Source of the DNA: a virus | DNA length: 64,000 bases | IMG/VR virus record: IMGVR_UViG_3300021141_000706 | Direction: 5' to 3' (one strand) | Part shown: piece after piece, positions 25,847-33,915 of the stretch | How positions within the stretch are numbered: the first letter of the stretch is position 1 | Layout: each line of letters begins with the position of its first letter | Made by a program: the position numbers and the translations under genes | The notes under the pieces: model-generated | Told to the model about the DNA's origin: nothing | Databases searched by the model: none | Seen by the model: only the letters and a program-made list of their open reading frames with translations

Positions 25847-27097
25847 ATGAACATTAAAGATAAATTTCTAGAACTAACAAGTAGAACATACCCTCACGGA
25901 ACTGAGGAAGATGTTTTTCCTTTGTTAAATTCAGAATTACAAAAAGACGAGTTTGGTAACTTATTTATCAAGATTGGTGAGAGCGATGTAATGTTTACTT
26001 CTCACTTAGATACTGCTACATCAGCACTTACTCAAGTTAATCACGTTTTTGACGGTAAGATTATCAAGACTGATGGTAAATCAATTTTAGGAGCAGATGA
26101 TAAAGCTGGTGTAACAATTATGCTTTATATGATTGAAAACAAAATACCAGGACTTTACTACTTTTTCTTAGGTGAAGAAGTTGGTTGTGTTGGTTCAAGA
26201 AAAGTTGCCAATGTTCAGAAAGACCAAAAGATTGAAGGTATCAACAAAGTAATTTCATTTGACCGTAGAGGTAATGATTCAGTTATTACTTTCCAATCTT
26301 CTCAAAGATGTTGTTCAGATGTTTTTGGTGAGGCTTTATCAAAACAATTAAACTTGGCCGATGATTCTTTCTCATACAAAAATGACCCAACTGGTATCTT
26401 AACTGACTCTGTTCAATTTATTAAAATCTATTCTGAGTGTACTAATATCTCTGTAGGTTATCGATCAGAACACACATTCTCAGAACAACAAGATATCGAA
26501 CACTTGACCAAATTGGCTGAGGCTTGTTTATTAGTTGATTGGAATGGTTTACCTGTTGATAGAGATCCTTCTAAAACTGAATACAAATCATACGGTGGTG
26601 GATACGGATGGGATGAATGGGATGATTATTACTCAGGTGGTGGTGTAGGCGCATCAAGATGGAATAATAACATCACTAAAAAATATGAGCCTAGAACTGA
26701 TAAAGTTTGGTTCCACGATAAAAAATACAACTACGTTTCTAATGTAGAGATTGATTCTTTAACTAAGAAAGTTGTATCAGTTGACTTGTGTAAAGAACGT
26801 GTTGATTATGAATCAATGATTATTAATAACTTATTAAAATCTTTAGATTTACAATACAACTCTTGTGAGTGGGATGGTTTCAAGTTGAAAGTTGATTATA
26901 AACAAGATGCTGGTAACCACACAACAGAGTGTAACCGTAACGACTTGTTAGAGTACTTACCAGAATTGGATTACTCAAAAGGTGACGACTTAGGTTCTGA
27001 TAGTTTAGATAACTACTACAACACAGTTGCTTATCAAAGAGACCAAGAACAAACAAGAGGCGAAGACTTGTACAGAGGCTACGCTGACTTTGACTAA
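25847..27097 (+). CDS. M28/M20-family zinc peptidase-like protein
   Basis: FTSHLDT, LGADDKAG, GEEVGCVGS, FDRRG, NISVGY..EH. Confidence 0.8.
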   Translation: MNIKDKFLELTSRTYPHGTEEDVFPLLNSELQKDEFGNLFIKIGESDVMFTSHLDTATSALTQVNHVFDGKIIKTDGKSILGADDKAGVTIMLYMIENKIPGLYYFFLGEEVGCVGSRKVANVQKDQKIEGINKVISFDRRGNDSVITFQSSQRCCSDVFGEALSKQLNLADDSFSYKNDPTGILTDSVQFIKIYSECTNISVGYRSEHTFSEQQDIEHLTKLAEACLLVDWNGLPVDRDPSKTEYKSYGGGYGWDEWDDYYSGGGVGASRWNNNITKKYEPRTDKVWFHDKKYNYVSNVEIDSLTKKVVSVDLCKERVDYESMIINNLLKSLDLQYNSCEWDGFKLKVDYKQDAGNHTTECNRNDLLEYLPELDYSKGDDLGSDSLDNYYNTVAYQRDQEQTRGEDLYRGYADFD

Positions 27098-27269
27098 TAT
27101 GAGCCGGGAAACCGGCTCTTTTAATATTGATTGTATGTTTACATTTATTAAAAAGAGAAAGTTAAAAAGAAAAGTCTTTAATGAGTTTAAAAAAGCTCAA
27201 ACTGAAAAAAATTATGAAAAGATTGATATCTTAGGTAAAAGATATTTAAAAATAAAATAAATAAAATCA

Positions 27270-27680
27270 TTGAATAAAGAAGTTGAAATATTAAAGATAG
27301 GTTCTATTATACCAACTGAAGGTAGAGATACTATTATGGTTGTCTTTGATGGTGGTACTATTTTTGACCACTATGTTTCTATTCTAAAAGAAAAATGTGG
27401 GGATGAATATAAATATCTAAAAACTCAACAATCTATTGTTGGAACACCAAGTGATCGTCCTGATAGATTTTCTAGATTTGATAAACCATCTAATACATTA
27501 AAAGGAATACAAAATAAAGAACCAAAGATAGGTGAGTCTTATGGTGTAGTAAATTGGTACACATCAACTGTTAATAAAATAATAGATGATAATATTCTAA
27601 TTACAAGAAATTCAGTTTATGCTATTCATGATATTTCTAAATTAAGAGATAAAATATTAAATGACTTAGGTATAAACTAA
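27270..27680 (+). CDS. Hypothetical protein
   Basis: ORF coupled to the next gene. Confidence 0.55.
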   Translation: MNKEVEILKIGSIIPTEGRDTIMVVFDGGTIFDHYVSILKEKCGDEYKYLKTQQSIVGTPSDRPDRFSRFDKPSNTLKGIQNKEPKIGESYGVVNWYTSTVNKIIDDNILITRNSVYAIHDISKLRDKILNDLGIN

Positions 27681-28060
27681 TGAAACCATTAAGAATAAGT
27701 TTTGATTTTGATTGTACGTTAGGTGAGACTATCATCCAACGTAAGGCTAGTTTATTAATAAACTCAACTGAATATTCGGATATATTTATCATCACTGCTA
27801 GATGTGAAGGTAGAAATCATAATAGAGATCTTTATTCAGTTGCTAATCGATTGAGAATACCTGATGAAAATATTTATTTCACTGAAGGTAGTTGGAAGTG
27901 GAGAAAAATAAAAGAATTAGAAATAGATATACACTTTGATGATGTTCCAGAAGAGTGTGAGTTAATATCTAAAAATACAAGTTGTATACCACTTTTAATT
28001 TGGGATGAATCTTGTAAAGATTCAATTAAACATGATTCTTTTGGTAAAGGAATTTACTGA
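27680..28060 (+). CDS. HAD-superfamily phosphatase-like protein
   Basis: SFDFDCTL, IITAR, HFDD; paralog of 39743. Confidence 0.7.
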   Translation: MKPLRISFDFDCTLGETIIQRKASLLINSTEYSDIFIITARCEGRNHNRDLYSVANRLRIPDENIYFTEGSWKWRKIKELEIDIHFDDVPEECELISKNTSCIPLLIWDESCKDSIKHDSFGKGIY

Positions 28061-28141
28061 AAAAATAATAAACTAAATTTTAATTAAGTATATAACAAGT
28101 GGTAATAATACCAAAAAATAAAAATAAACAAGAATAAAAGA

Positions 28142-28333
28142 ATGAAAACAGGAACAGTAAAGTTCTACAATGAAGCTAAAGGATTTGGTTTCATCACAGA
28201 CGAAAACGGAACGGACGTGTTTGTACACGCTACAGGACTAAACGATGAAATCAGAGAAAACGATTCAGTTAACTTTGAAGTAACAGAAGGTAAAAAAGGA
28301 TTAAGCGCAGTTAATGTAACAGTTAACTCTTAA
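28142..28333 (+). CDS. cspA: Cold-shock protein
   Basis: GTVKFYNEAKGFGFI, DVFVH, EGKKG..AVNV. Confidence 0.92.
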   Translation: MKTGTVKFYNEAKGFGFITDENGTDVFVHATGLNDEIRENDSVNFEVTEGKKGLSAVNVTVNS

Positions 28334-28356
28334 TATATTTTTAGTACTAAAGAATT

Positions 28357-28388
28357 AAAGCCCTTAGATTTTTATCTGAGGGTTTTTT
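28357..28388 (+). terminator. Intrinsic terminator after csp
   Basis: aaagcccttaga/tctgagggtttt. Confidence 0.7.
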
Positions 28389-28412
28389 GTTTTAAAAATT
28401 AATATATAATCT

Positions 28413-28781
28413 ATGAAATATTTACAATCAATAAATGAATATCAAAGAACCGTAGGATTCAGATATTCTGAACCAAAAGAATCTTATAATATTGACATAT
28501 TATTAAGAGGTGAAGATATCACTGAAGATAAAATAATCTTAGGTTTATCTAAAGTTAGTGAGTTGTTTTACGACCAAGAGTCTGTTGAAGTTAATATTCT
28601 TGATGAAGGAACTGTTGCTGAGTTAGAAGATGGTGCTGTTGAAATAGATGCTGTTGCTCATTTTAACATTACTGTTTATAATGAAAGAGAAATACTTACT
28701 ATAGTTGAAGAACTAGGTAGAAAATTAACACCTTTTAATATTGAAATATTAGATTTCAAATCAAAAGAAAATTTCAAATAA
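28413..28781 (+). CDS. Hypothetical protein (MKYLQSINEY N-terminus)
   Basis: AATATATA upstream. Confidence 0.6.
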   Translation: MKYLQSINEYQRTVGFRYSEPKESYNIDILLRGEDITEDKIILGLSKVSELFYDQESVEVNILDEGTVAELEDGAVEIDAVAHFNITVYNEREILTIVEELGRKLTPFNIEILDFKSKENFK

Positions 28782-28793
28782 AAATAAAAAATA

Positions 28794-28866
28794 TTTGACA
28801 AATTAAAACTTTGTTGTATATTTGTATAAAATAAGAACAAAAGGAAGAAATCCTTTTTAATATATA
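28794..28866 (+). promoter_or_regulatory. Host-type plus late-type promoters for leader 4
   Basis: TTTG(28794)-N19-TATATTTG(28817); AATATATA(28859). Confidence 0.65.
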
Positions 28867-28871
28867 CTGAA

Positions 28872-28970
28872 ATGAAAAACTTAAACTTAAATATCGTTAA
28901 CCCGCAACCACAAGTTGTAATCGATCAGGATCCTGATACGAAAGGGGCTAACTATGTGGTTTTAAGTTAA
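28872..28970 (+). CDS. Attenuator leader peptide 4 (MKNLNLNIVNPQPQVVIDQDPDTKGANYVVLS), Pro/Asp/Gln-rich
   Basis: PQPQ..DQDPD; ggctaact pairs with terminator arm agttagtc; Pro/Asp tRNAs downstream. Confidence 0.78.
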   Translation: MKNLNLNIVNPQPQVVIDQDPDTKGANYVVLS

Positions 28971-28994
28971 GAAAATATTTAACTATGAAACATT

Positions 28995-29027
28995 ACCCAG
29001 TTAGTCGAAAGATTAACTGGGTTTTTT
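28995..29027 (+). terminator. Attenuator terminator 4
   Basis: acccagttagtc-gaaa-gattaactgggt plus T-tract. Confidence 0.85.
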
Positions 29028-29042
29028 GTTTTTAGTAAAAAA

Positions 29043-29116
29043 CGGGTAGTGACTAAGGTTTTAAGCACGGGGGCTCTGGAGGCTTCAGTTAGTCGGTTCG
29101 ATTCCGACCTACCCGA
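29043..29116 (+). tRNA. tRNA-Pro(TGG), atypical anticodon loop (C33)
   Basis: C1:G72, A73; ggggc-tcTGGag-gcttc. Confidence 0.7.
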
Positions 29117-29159
29117 CAAAATACTCTTTAGAGAATAGAGTAAAAGAATTCTCAAATAC

Positions 29160-29232
29160 GGATGTGAGGTCAAACGGTTAAGATGTCTGCCTGTCACGCA
29201 GTTCGGAGCGGGTTCAACTCCCGTCACGTCCG
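29160..29232 (+). tRNA. tRNA-Asp(GTC)
   Basis: ctgc-ctGTCac-gcag; G73. Confidence 0.9.
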
Positions 29233-29238
29233 CAAATT

Positions 29239-29309
29239 GGTCCTGTAGTTAAACGGCTATAATGTCGCCCTGCACGGCGAAGTTCGGAGTTCGATTCTCC
29301 GTGGGACCG
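29239..29309 (+). pseudogene. tRNA-Asp-like with 6-nt anticodon loop (ctgcac)
   Basis: Asp-type body with G73; loop is one T short of ctgtcac. Confidence 0.65.
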
Positions 29310-29314
29310 CAAAA

Positions 29315-29391
29315 CGAGATGTTGGGGAGTCCGGTTACCCCGCCTGCTTTGGGAGCAGGAGAACTCGCAGGTTCGAATCCTGCCATCTCGA
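29315..29391 (+). tRNA. tRNA-Pro(TGG)
   Basis: cctgc-ttTGGga-gcagg; C1:G72. Confidence 0.93.
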
Positions 29392-29421
29392 CAAAGAAAC
29401 AAAATATTAATAAATAGAATT

Positions 29422-29472
29422 ATGAAAACAACATCACAATACCAACAACAACAAATTAATCGAACAGATTGA
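29422..29472 (+). CDS. Attenuator leader peptide 5 (MKTTSQYQQQQINRTD), Gln-sensing
   Basis: 5 CAA codons, 4 consecutive; cagattga pairs with terminator tcaatctg; tRNA-Gln x2 and glnS downstream. Confidence 0.85.
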   Translation: MKTTSQYQQQQINRTD

Positions 29473-29500
29473 TAACGGTATCGTATTGTTAAAACTTTAC

Positions 29501-29535
29501 AAACCCTATTCAATCTGATTGAATAGGGTTTTTTT
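29501..29535 (+). terminator. Attenuator terminator 5
   Basis: aaaccctattcaat-ctg-attgaatagggttt plus T-tract. Confidence 0.88.
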
Positions 29536-29537
29536 AT

Positions 29538-29609
29538 TGCTCCATAGTATATGGGTGATCATATCTGTCTTTGAAACAGATGAGCTTGGTTCGAGTCCAA
29601 GTGGAGCAA
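29538..29609 (+). tRNA. tRNA-Gln(TTG)
   Basis: tctgt-ctTTGaa-acaga; U1:A72. Confidence 0.88.
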
Positions 29610-29615
29610 CAACAA

Positions 29616-29686
29616 TGTCTCGTAGTGTAACGGCAGCACAGAAGATTTTGACTCTTCTAGTCTAGGTTCGAATCCTAGCGAGACAA
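29616..29686 (+). tRNA. tRNA-Gln(TTG)
   Basis: gaaga-ttTTGac-tcttc; U1:A72. Confidence 0.92.
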
Positions 29687-29704
29687 CTAAAAAATATAAA
29701 AATT

Positions 29705-31309
29705 ATGAATTTCATTGAAGATAAAATATTAGACAAAAATAATCTTGATAAATTAACATTAAGATTTCCACCAGAACCAAATGGTTACTTACATATTGGT
29801 CACGCTAAATCCATTATACTTAATTTTGGATTAGCTGAAAAGTATAATAGACCTTGTAATCTAAGGTTCGATGATACAAATCCAACTACTGAAGATACTC
29901 ACTATGTAGAATCAATTGTAAAAGATATAGAATGGCTTGGTTACAAACCAGCTAATATTTTCTATACATCTGATTATTTTGACTTTCTTTACAATTGTGC
30001 GATTACTTTAATTAAAAAAGGCTTAGCTTATGTTGATGATTCAACATCTGAAGAAATTGCTTTAATGAAAGGAACTCCAACTTCAGTTGGTAAAGACTCA
30101 CCTTACAAATCTAGATCAGTAGAAGAAAACTTAGACTTATTTAATAGAATGAGATTAGGTGAATTCACCGAAGGTTCTAAAATCTTGAGAGCTAACATTG
30201 ATATGACTTCTCCAAATATGATTTTAAGAGATCCAGTTATTTATAGAATAATCTCTAAGTCACATCACAGAACTGGTGATACTTGGAAGATTTATCCAAT
30301 GTATGACTTTGCTCATCCTTTATCTGATTATAAAGAAGGTATCACTGATTCACTTTGTACTTTAGAATTTGAAGTTCATAGACCTTTATATATGTGGGTA
30401 TTAGAAAATTGTGATTTAGAAAATTCATTACCAGAAGAAACTGAGTTTGCTCGTTTGAACATTGACTATACAGTTATGTCAAAGAGAAAGTTAAAAAGAC
30501 TTGTAGAAGAATCTTATGTTACAGGATGGGATGATCCAAGAATGCCAACTATATCAGGTTTAAGAAGAAGAGGTTTTACACCAAATGCTATTAAAGATTT
30601 TTGTGATAGAATTTCTGTTACAAGAAAAGAATCAGTTGTTTCTTACTTACTTTTAGAAGAATGTTTAAGAACTGATTTGAATGTTGTTGCTAATAGACTA
30701 ATGGGTGTCATGTATCCGATTAAGTTAGTTATTACTAATTGGGATATGGGAACTGAAATGGTTGAAGTTGAAAATAATCCTGGTGATGAAAGTGCTGGAG
30801 TGAGAATGATTCCTTTTAGTGGTGAATTATTTATTGAGGCGGAAGATTTCAGAGAAGAAGCCAATAACAAATTCCACAGATTAAAATTAGGCAGTGAAGT
30901 AAGATTAAAAGGTGCTTATGTTATTAAGGCTAATGAAGTTATCAAGAATGAATTAGGGGAAATTATTGAGATCAGATGTACTTATGATCCTTTAACAAGA
31001 TCGGGTATGACTTTTGAAAGAAAGATTAAAGGAACTATTCACTGGGTATCTGCTGAACACGGAGTTAGAATAAATGTAAATGAATATGATAGATTATTTA
31101 ATGATGAATCACCTGATAAAAATGAAGATGATTTTATCAATTATATCAATCCAGATTCACTTATTATTAACGACAAGGCAATCCTTGAACCTCACGTTTT
31201 AAACGTCAAGGAGCCTGTTCAAATGATGAGAAAAGGGTATTATATTTTAGATACTGACGGTAAAAGTTTCAATAAAACTGTAAGTTTGAAAGAAGGATGG
31301 GTAGGTTAA
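29705..31309 (+). CDS. glnS: Glutaminyl-tRNA synthetase
   Basis: RFPPEPNGYLHIGHAKS, RFDDTNP, IYPMYDFAH, SLCTLEF, VMSKRKL, GWDDPRMPT, KGTIHWVS. Confidence 0.96.
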   Translation: MNFIEDKILDKNNLDKLTLRFPPEPNGYLHIGHAKSIILNFGLAEKYNRPCNLRFDDTNPTTEDTHYVESIVKDIEWLGYKPANIFYTSDYFDFLYNCAITLIKKGLAYVDDSTSEEIALMKGTPTSVGKDSPYKSRSVEENLDLFNRMRLGEFTEGSKILRANIDMTSPNMILRDPVIYRIISKSHHRTGDTWKIYPMYDFAHPLSDYKEGITDSLCTLEFEVHRPLYMWVLENCDLENSLPEETEFARLNIDYTVMSKRKLKRLVEESYVTGWDDPRMPTISGLRRRGFTPNAIKDFCDRISVTRKESVVSYLLLEECLRTDLNVVANRLMGVMYPIKLVITNWDMGTEMVEVENNPGDESAGVRMIPFSGELFIEAEDFREEANNKFHRLKLGSEVRLKGAYVIKANEVIKNELGEIIEIRCTYDPLTRSGMTFERKIKGTIHWVSAEHGVRINVNEYDRLFNDESPDKNEDDFINYINPDSLIINDKAILEPHVLNVKEPVQMMRKGYYILDTDGKSFNKTVSLKEGWVG

Positions 31310-31689
31310 GATACCTCCCATCTTCCGTCTGATAAAAATTTATAAGAGCCGACAAACTCAAATTTTTTCCATTGGTCTGGAGATATTAAAGAAAGGAATT
31401 CTTCACCGGATTCCTTTTTGTATAAATGATAAATTTCGCCGGAAGTTGGTTCAAAATTATGAGAAGCCATATAAAGTCTTTCATTCATTTTAATTTCAGA
31501 CATTAACTTTTCATACTCTTTCGTCATTTCTTCAAATTTTGACGAATAGTATTTTTTTATCTTAGAAGTTTTTTCAATTTTAAATAAACCGATATTATCC
31601 GGAGCAAATTTTGGTGCGCCAATTTCCGTTGGATAGGCTTTAATCATTCGATTTTCTACAAAACTATCTGGTCTTTTCTTCTGTTCCAT
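31306..31689 (-). CDS. DUF2452-like protein
   Basis: YPTEIGAPKF, NFEP..GEIYHLY, FLSLISP.QW. Confidence 0.65.
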   Translation of the reverse strand: MEQKKRPDSFVENRMIKAYPTEIGAPKFAPDNIGLFKIEKTSKIKKYYSSKFEEMTKEYEKLMSEIKMNERLYMASHNFEPTSGEIYHLYKKESGEEFLSLISPDQWKKFEFVGSYKFLSDGRWEVS

Positions 31690-31798
31690 ACAATTATATT
31701 TATAATATTAATAATGTTTATAAAGGATATCATGATGTTTCATGAATTTAAATTTTCTAAAACAAAAAAAAATTATTATATTTGTGAATATATAATCT

Positions 31799-32254
31799 AT
31801 GTACTGCGTTTACAAAATTAAATTCACTAAGTCACCATTTGACTTAAATGAGGACTATGACAGGCTTTCTGACATAGACAAGGAGAAAATTGCTGATATG
31901 AATGCTGATTCTTTTTTTGATTACGAAGAAGATGGAGTTTATACATTTTTTACTATAGCTGAACCAATAGAAGTTAAAAGATATTTAGGAGTACTTTCAG
32001 AAAATTTAGTTAGATTTGAACTGATTGATTTATCCAAAGATGTTTTAAAAGGAAATTTTGATATAGATTCGGAAGTTGGTGTTAAAGTAGAACCATTAGA
32101 TTCAATGAAATTTTCATTTTTTGTTGATGATTTAAATGATTGGATTTACAACAATTTAGATATTGATACTATATTAGATAGAATAAGTCAAGTGGGGTTA
32201 GACTCACTTACTAAAATAGAAAAAGAATTTCTTAACAATAATTATAACGTATGA
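31799..32254 (+). CDS. Hypothetical protein
   Basis: ORF with promoter motifs; ends ID.ILDRI..G..SLT..EK.FL. Confidence 0.6.
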   Translation: MYCVYKIKFTKSPFDLNEDYDRLSDIDKEKIADMNADSFFDYEEDGVYTFFTIAEPIEVKRYLGVLSENLVRFELIDLSKDVLKGNFDIDSEVGVKVEPLDSMKFSFFVDDLNDWIYNNLDIDTILDRISQVGLDSLTKIEKEFLNNNYNV

Positions 32255-32427
32255 AAAAATTAAAAGAACTAAGAGCTAAATTTATTATGAGTTGGGCTCA
32301 ACCAATGGCTGACTTTTTAATTGAAAGATTAGAAATGTCAACAGACAATCAAGAATTTGAAACTTGGTTTAATATAGCATTATATTTAGACCTTTATTGT
32401 ACAAACAAAGGAGTGTACTTAAATTAA
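32251..32427 (+). CDS. Small hypothetical protein (58 aa)
   Basis: MKKLKELRAKFIMSWAQ...; fills the gap between coupled genes. Confidence 0.55.
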   Translation: MKKLKELRAKFIMSWAQPMADFLIERLEMSTDNQEFETWFNIALYLDLYCTNKGVYLN

Positions 32428-32431
32428 AAAA

Positions 32432-32848
32432 ATGAAATTATTTTTAGACGACATCAGAATTCCAGGAATGGCTCATAACGCAGTTAAGGGTTTAGGATTG
32501 GATTATATGGCTACTGACAACTGGACTATTGCTCGTGACTATTTTGAATTTGTTGATATTGTTAATAAACATTTTAACGAAATTGAATTAGTTTCATTTG
32601 ATCATGATTTGGCTTGTGTAGATAAAGATGGTAAAGAGTGGACTGGTAAAGATGCGGCTGATTATTTAATCAACTATTGTTTAGACCATGTAAAACACTT
32701 CCCAGATTGGTATGCTCATACTGATAATACTTCTGGTCGTCAAAATATAATTGGAGCTATCAACGGATATTTGAAGGCAATTGAAGGTAAAGACATTACC
32801 GACTTCAGATATTACCACAACGGAATTGTTAACGGTAAATTTGTATAA
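32432..32848 (+). CDS. Cyclic-phosphate-processing receiver-domain protein
   Basis: LFLDDIR, SFDHDL, TGKD, HTDN..GRQNI. Confidence 0.7.
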   Translation: MKLFLDDIRIPGMAHNAVKGLGLDYMATDNWTIARDYFEFVDIVNKHFNEIELVSFDHDLACVDKDGKEWTGKDAADYLINYCLDHVKHFPDWYAHTDNTSGRQNIIGAINGYLKAIEGKDITDFRYYHNGIVNGKFV

Positions 32849-33151
32849 ATGAATTTCATCAAAAGACATTTAATTGAAAAGATAAACGAACAGATAAAGC
32901 TAAAACAAGCTACTCTAAAACATGACCATTTCTACTACTTTGATGAACCTATCAAAGATGGTAAAAGATTGATTGATAGAGTTAATAGATGGAACCCTTT
33001 TACTAAGGAGGAAATTCTACCAACTACTTGGTATGCCTTAGATGGCTCTTCTTTAAGAGAACTTTATATGAAGTTAAAATATAACCAGTTTTACATCTAT
33101 AAGAAATTAGACGATGGTAAAAGCTACAAAACAAGAATTAAAAACAAATGA
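32849..33151 (+). CDS. Hypothetical protein
   Basis: Coupled ORF. Confidence 0.55.
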   Translation: MNFIKRHLIEKINEQIKLKQATLKHDHFYYFDEPIKDGKRLIDRVNRWNPFTKEEILPTTWYALDGSSLRELYMKLKYNQFYIYKKLDDGKSYKTRIKNK

Positions 33152-33858
33152 TAGTTGGAGTAAGTTTTAAGTATCACACTAATTACGATTATGACGCTAA
33201 TAGAGATTGTAGTGCTCACGGTTGTGATGAGGAAGGCATTTGCCGTTGTGAAACCTTAGAAAATGCTCATGTTGTAACAGTTGACATACCTTCAATAGGT
33301 AACGAAATATATAACTCTATTTTTGATAACTCTTTATCTTCAAAAAGAAACTCTGCTATTAATTCTATATTAGGTGGTGTTTCAAAAGAAATTGATATTT
33401 ATACTATTGATAGAATTTTAAGAATCAACAAGGCATACGAACCAAGTAATTGGGAAGTTCAAGTTTGTGGTGGATACTATGGTCAAGAAATTGATGATGT
33501 TTTATTAGAGAATTCTGTTGCTCAAAAAATTGAGAACCAAATTAATGAAGCTCTTTCAATAATTGACTTAACACCAAGAATTGAATATCTTCTAATGTTA
33601 GAGTATGGTAACATTTTACCGGCTTTACAAGGTCGTCAATATTCAATTGAAATGGTTGAAAGAGATAGTATTATCTTTGGCTCGGATGAGCATTATAGAA
33701 AAGTAAATACTAAAAGCCTTGACCATTATTCTGATAAGAATTATCAAGGCATCAGAGGTATTGCTTTAGTTAAAGATGATAGATATAGATTGATAGATGG
33801 TTATCACCGTTCATCAACATCAGAGAATATTAAGATTCAACTTTTAATCGCAAGATGA
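33148..33858 (+). CDS. Hypothetical protein with C-terminal ParB/Srx-like motif
   Basis: YRLIDGYHR; N-terminal Cys cluster. Confidence 0.5.
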   Translation: MIVGVSFKYHTNYDYDANRDCSAHGCDEEGICRCETLENAHVVTVDIPSIGNEIYNSIFDNSLSSKRNSAINSILGGVSKEIDIYTIDRILRINKAYEPSNWEVQVCGGYYGQEIDDVLLENSVAQKIENQINEALSIIDLTPRIEYLLMLEYGNILPALQGRQYSIEMVERDSIIFGSDEHYRKVNTKSLDHYSDKNYQGIRGIALVKDDRYRLIDGYHRSSTSENIKIQLLIAR

Positions 33859-33915
33859 TTTTTCGGATAAAGTTAAGCAATACAATCGTGATAAAGCCTT
33901 AGAAAAGATTGTAAT

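Noticed and set aside
28357-28388. Sixth attenuator (3' arm resembles terminator 3)
   Set aside because: It directly follows csp with no leader peptide or tRNAs; ordinary terminator.
28979-29513. Minus-strand ORFs 28979 and 29214
   Set aside because: Antisense to tRNAs and attenuator elements.
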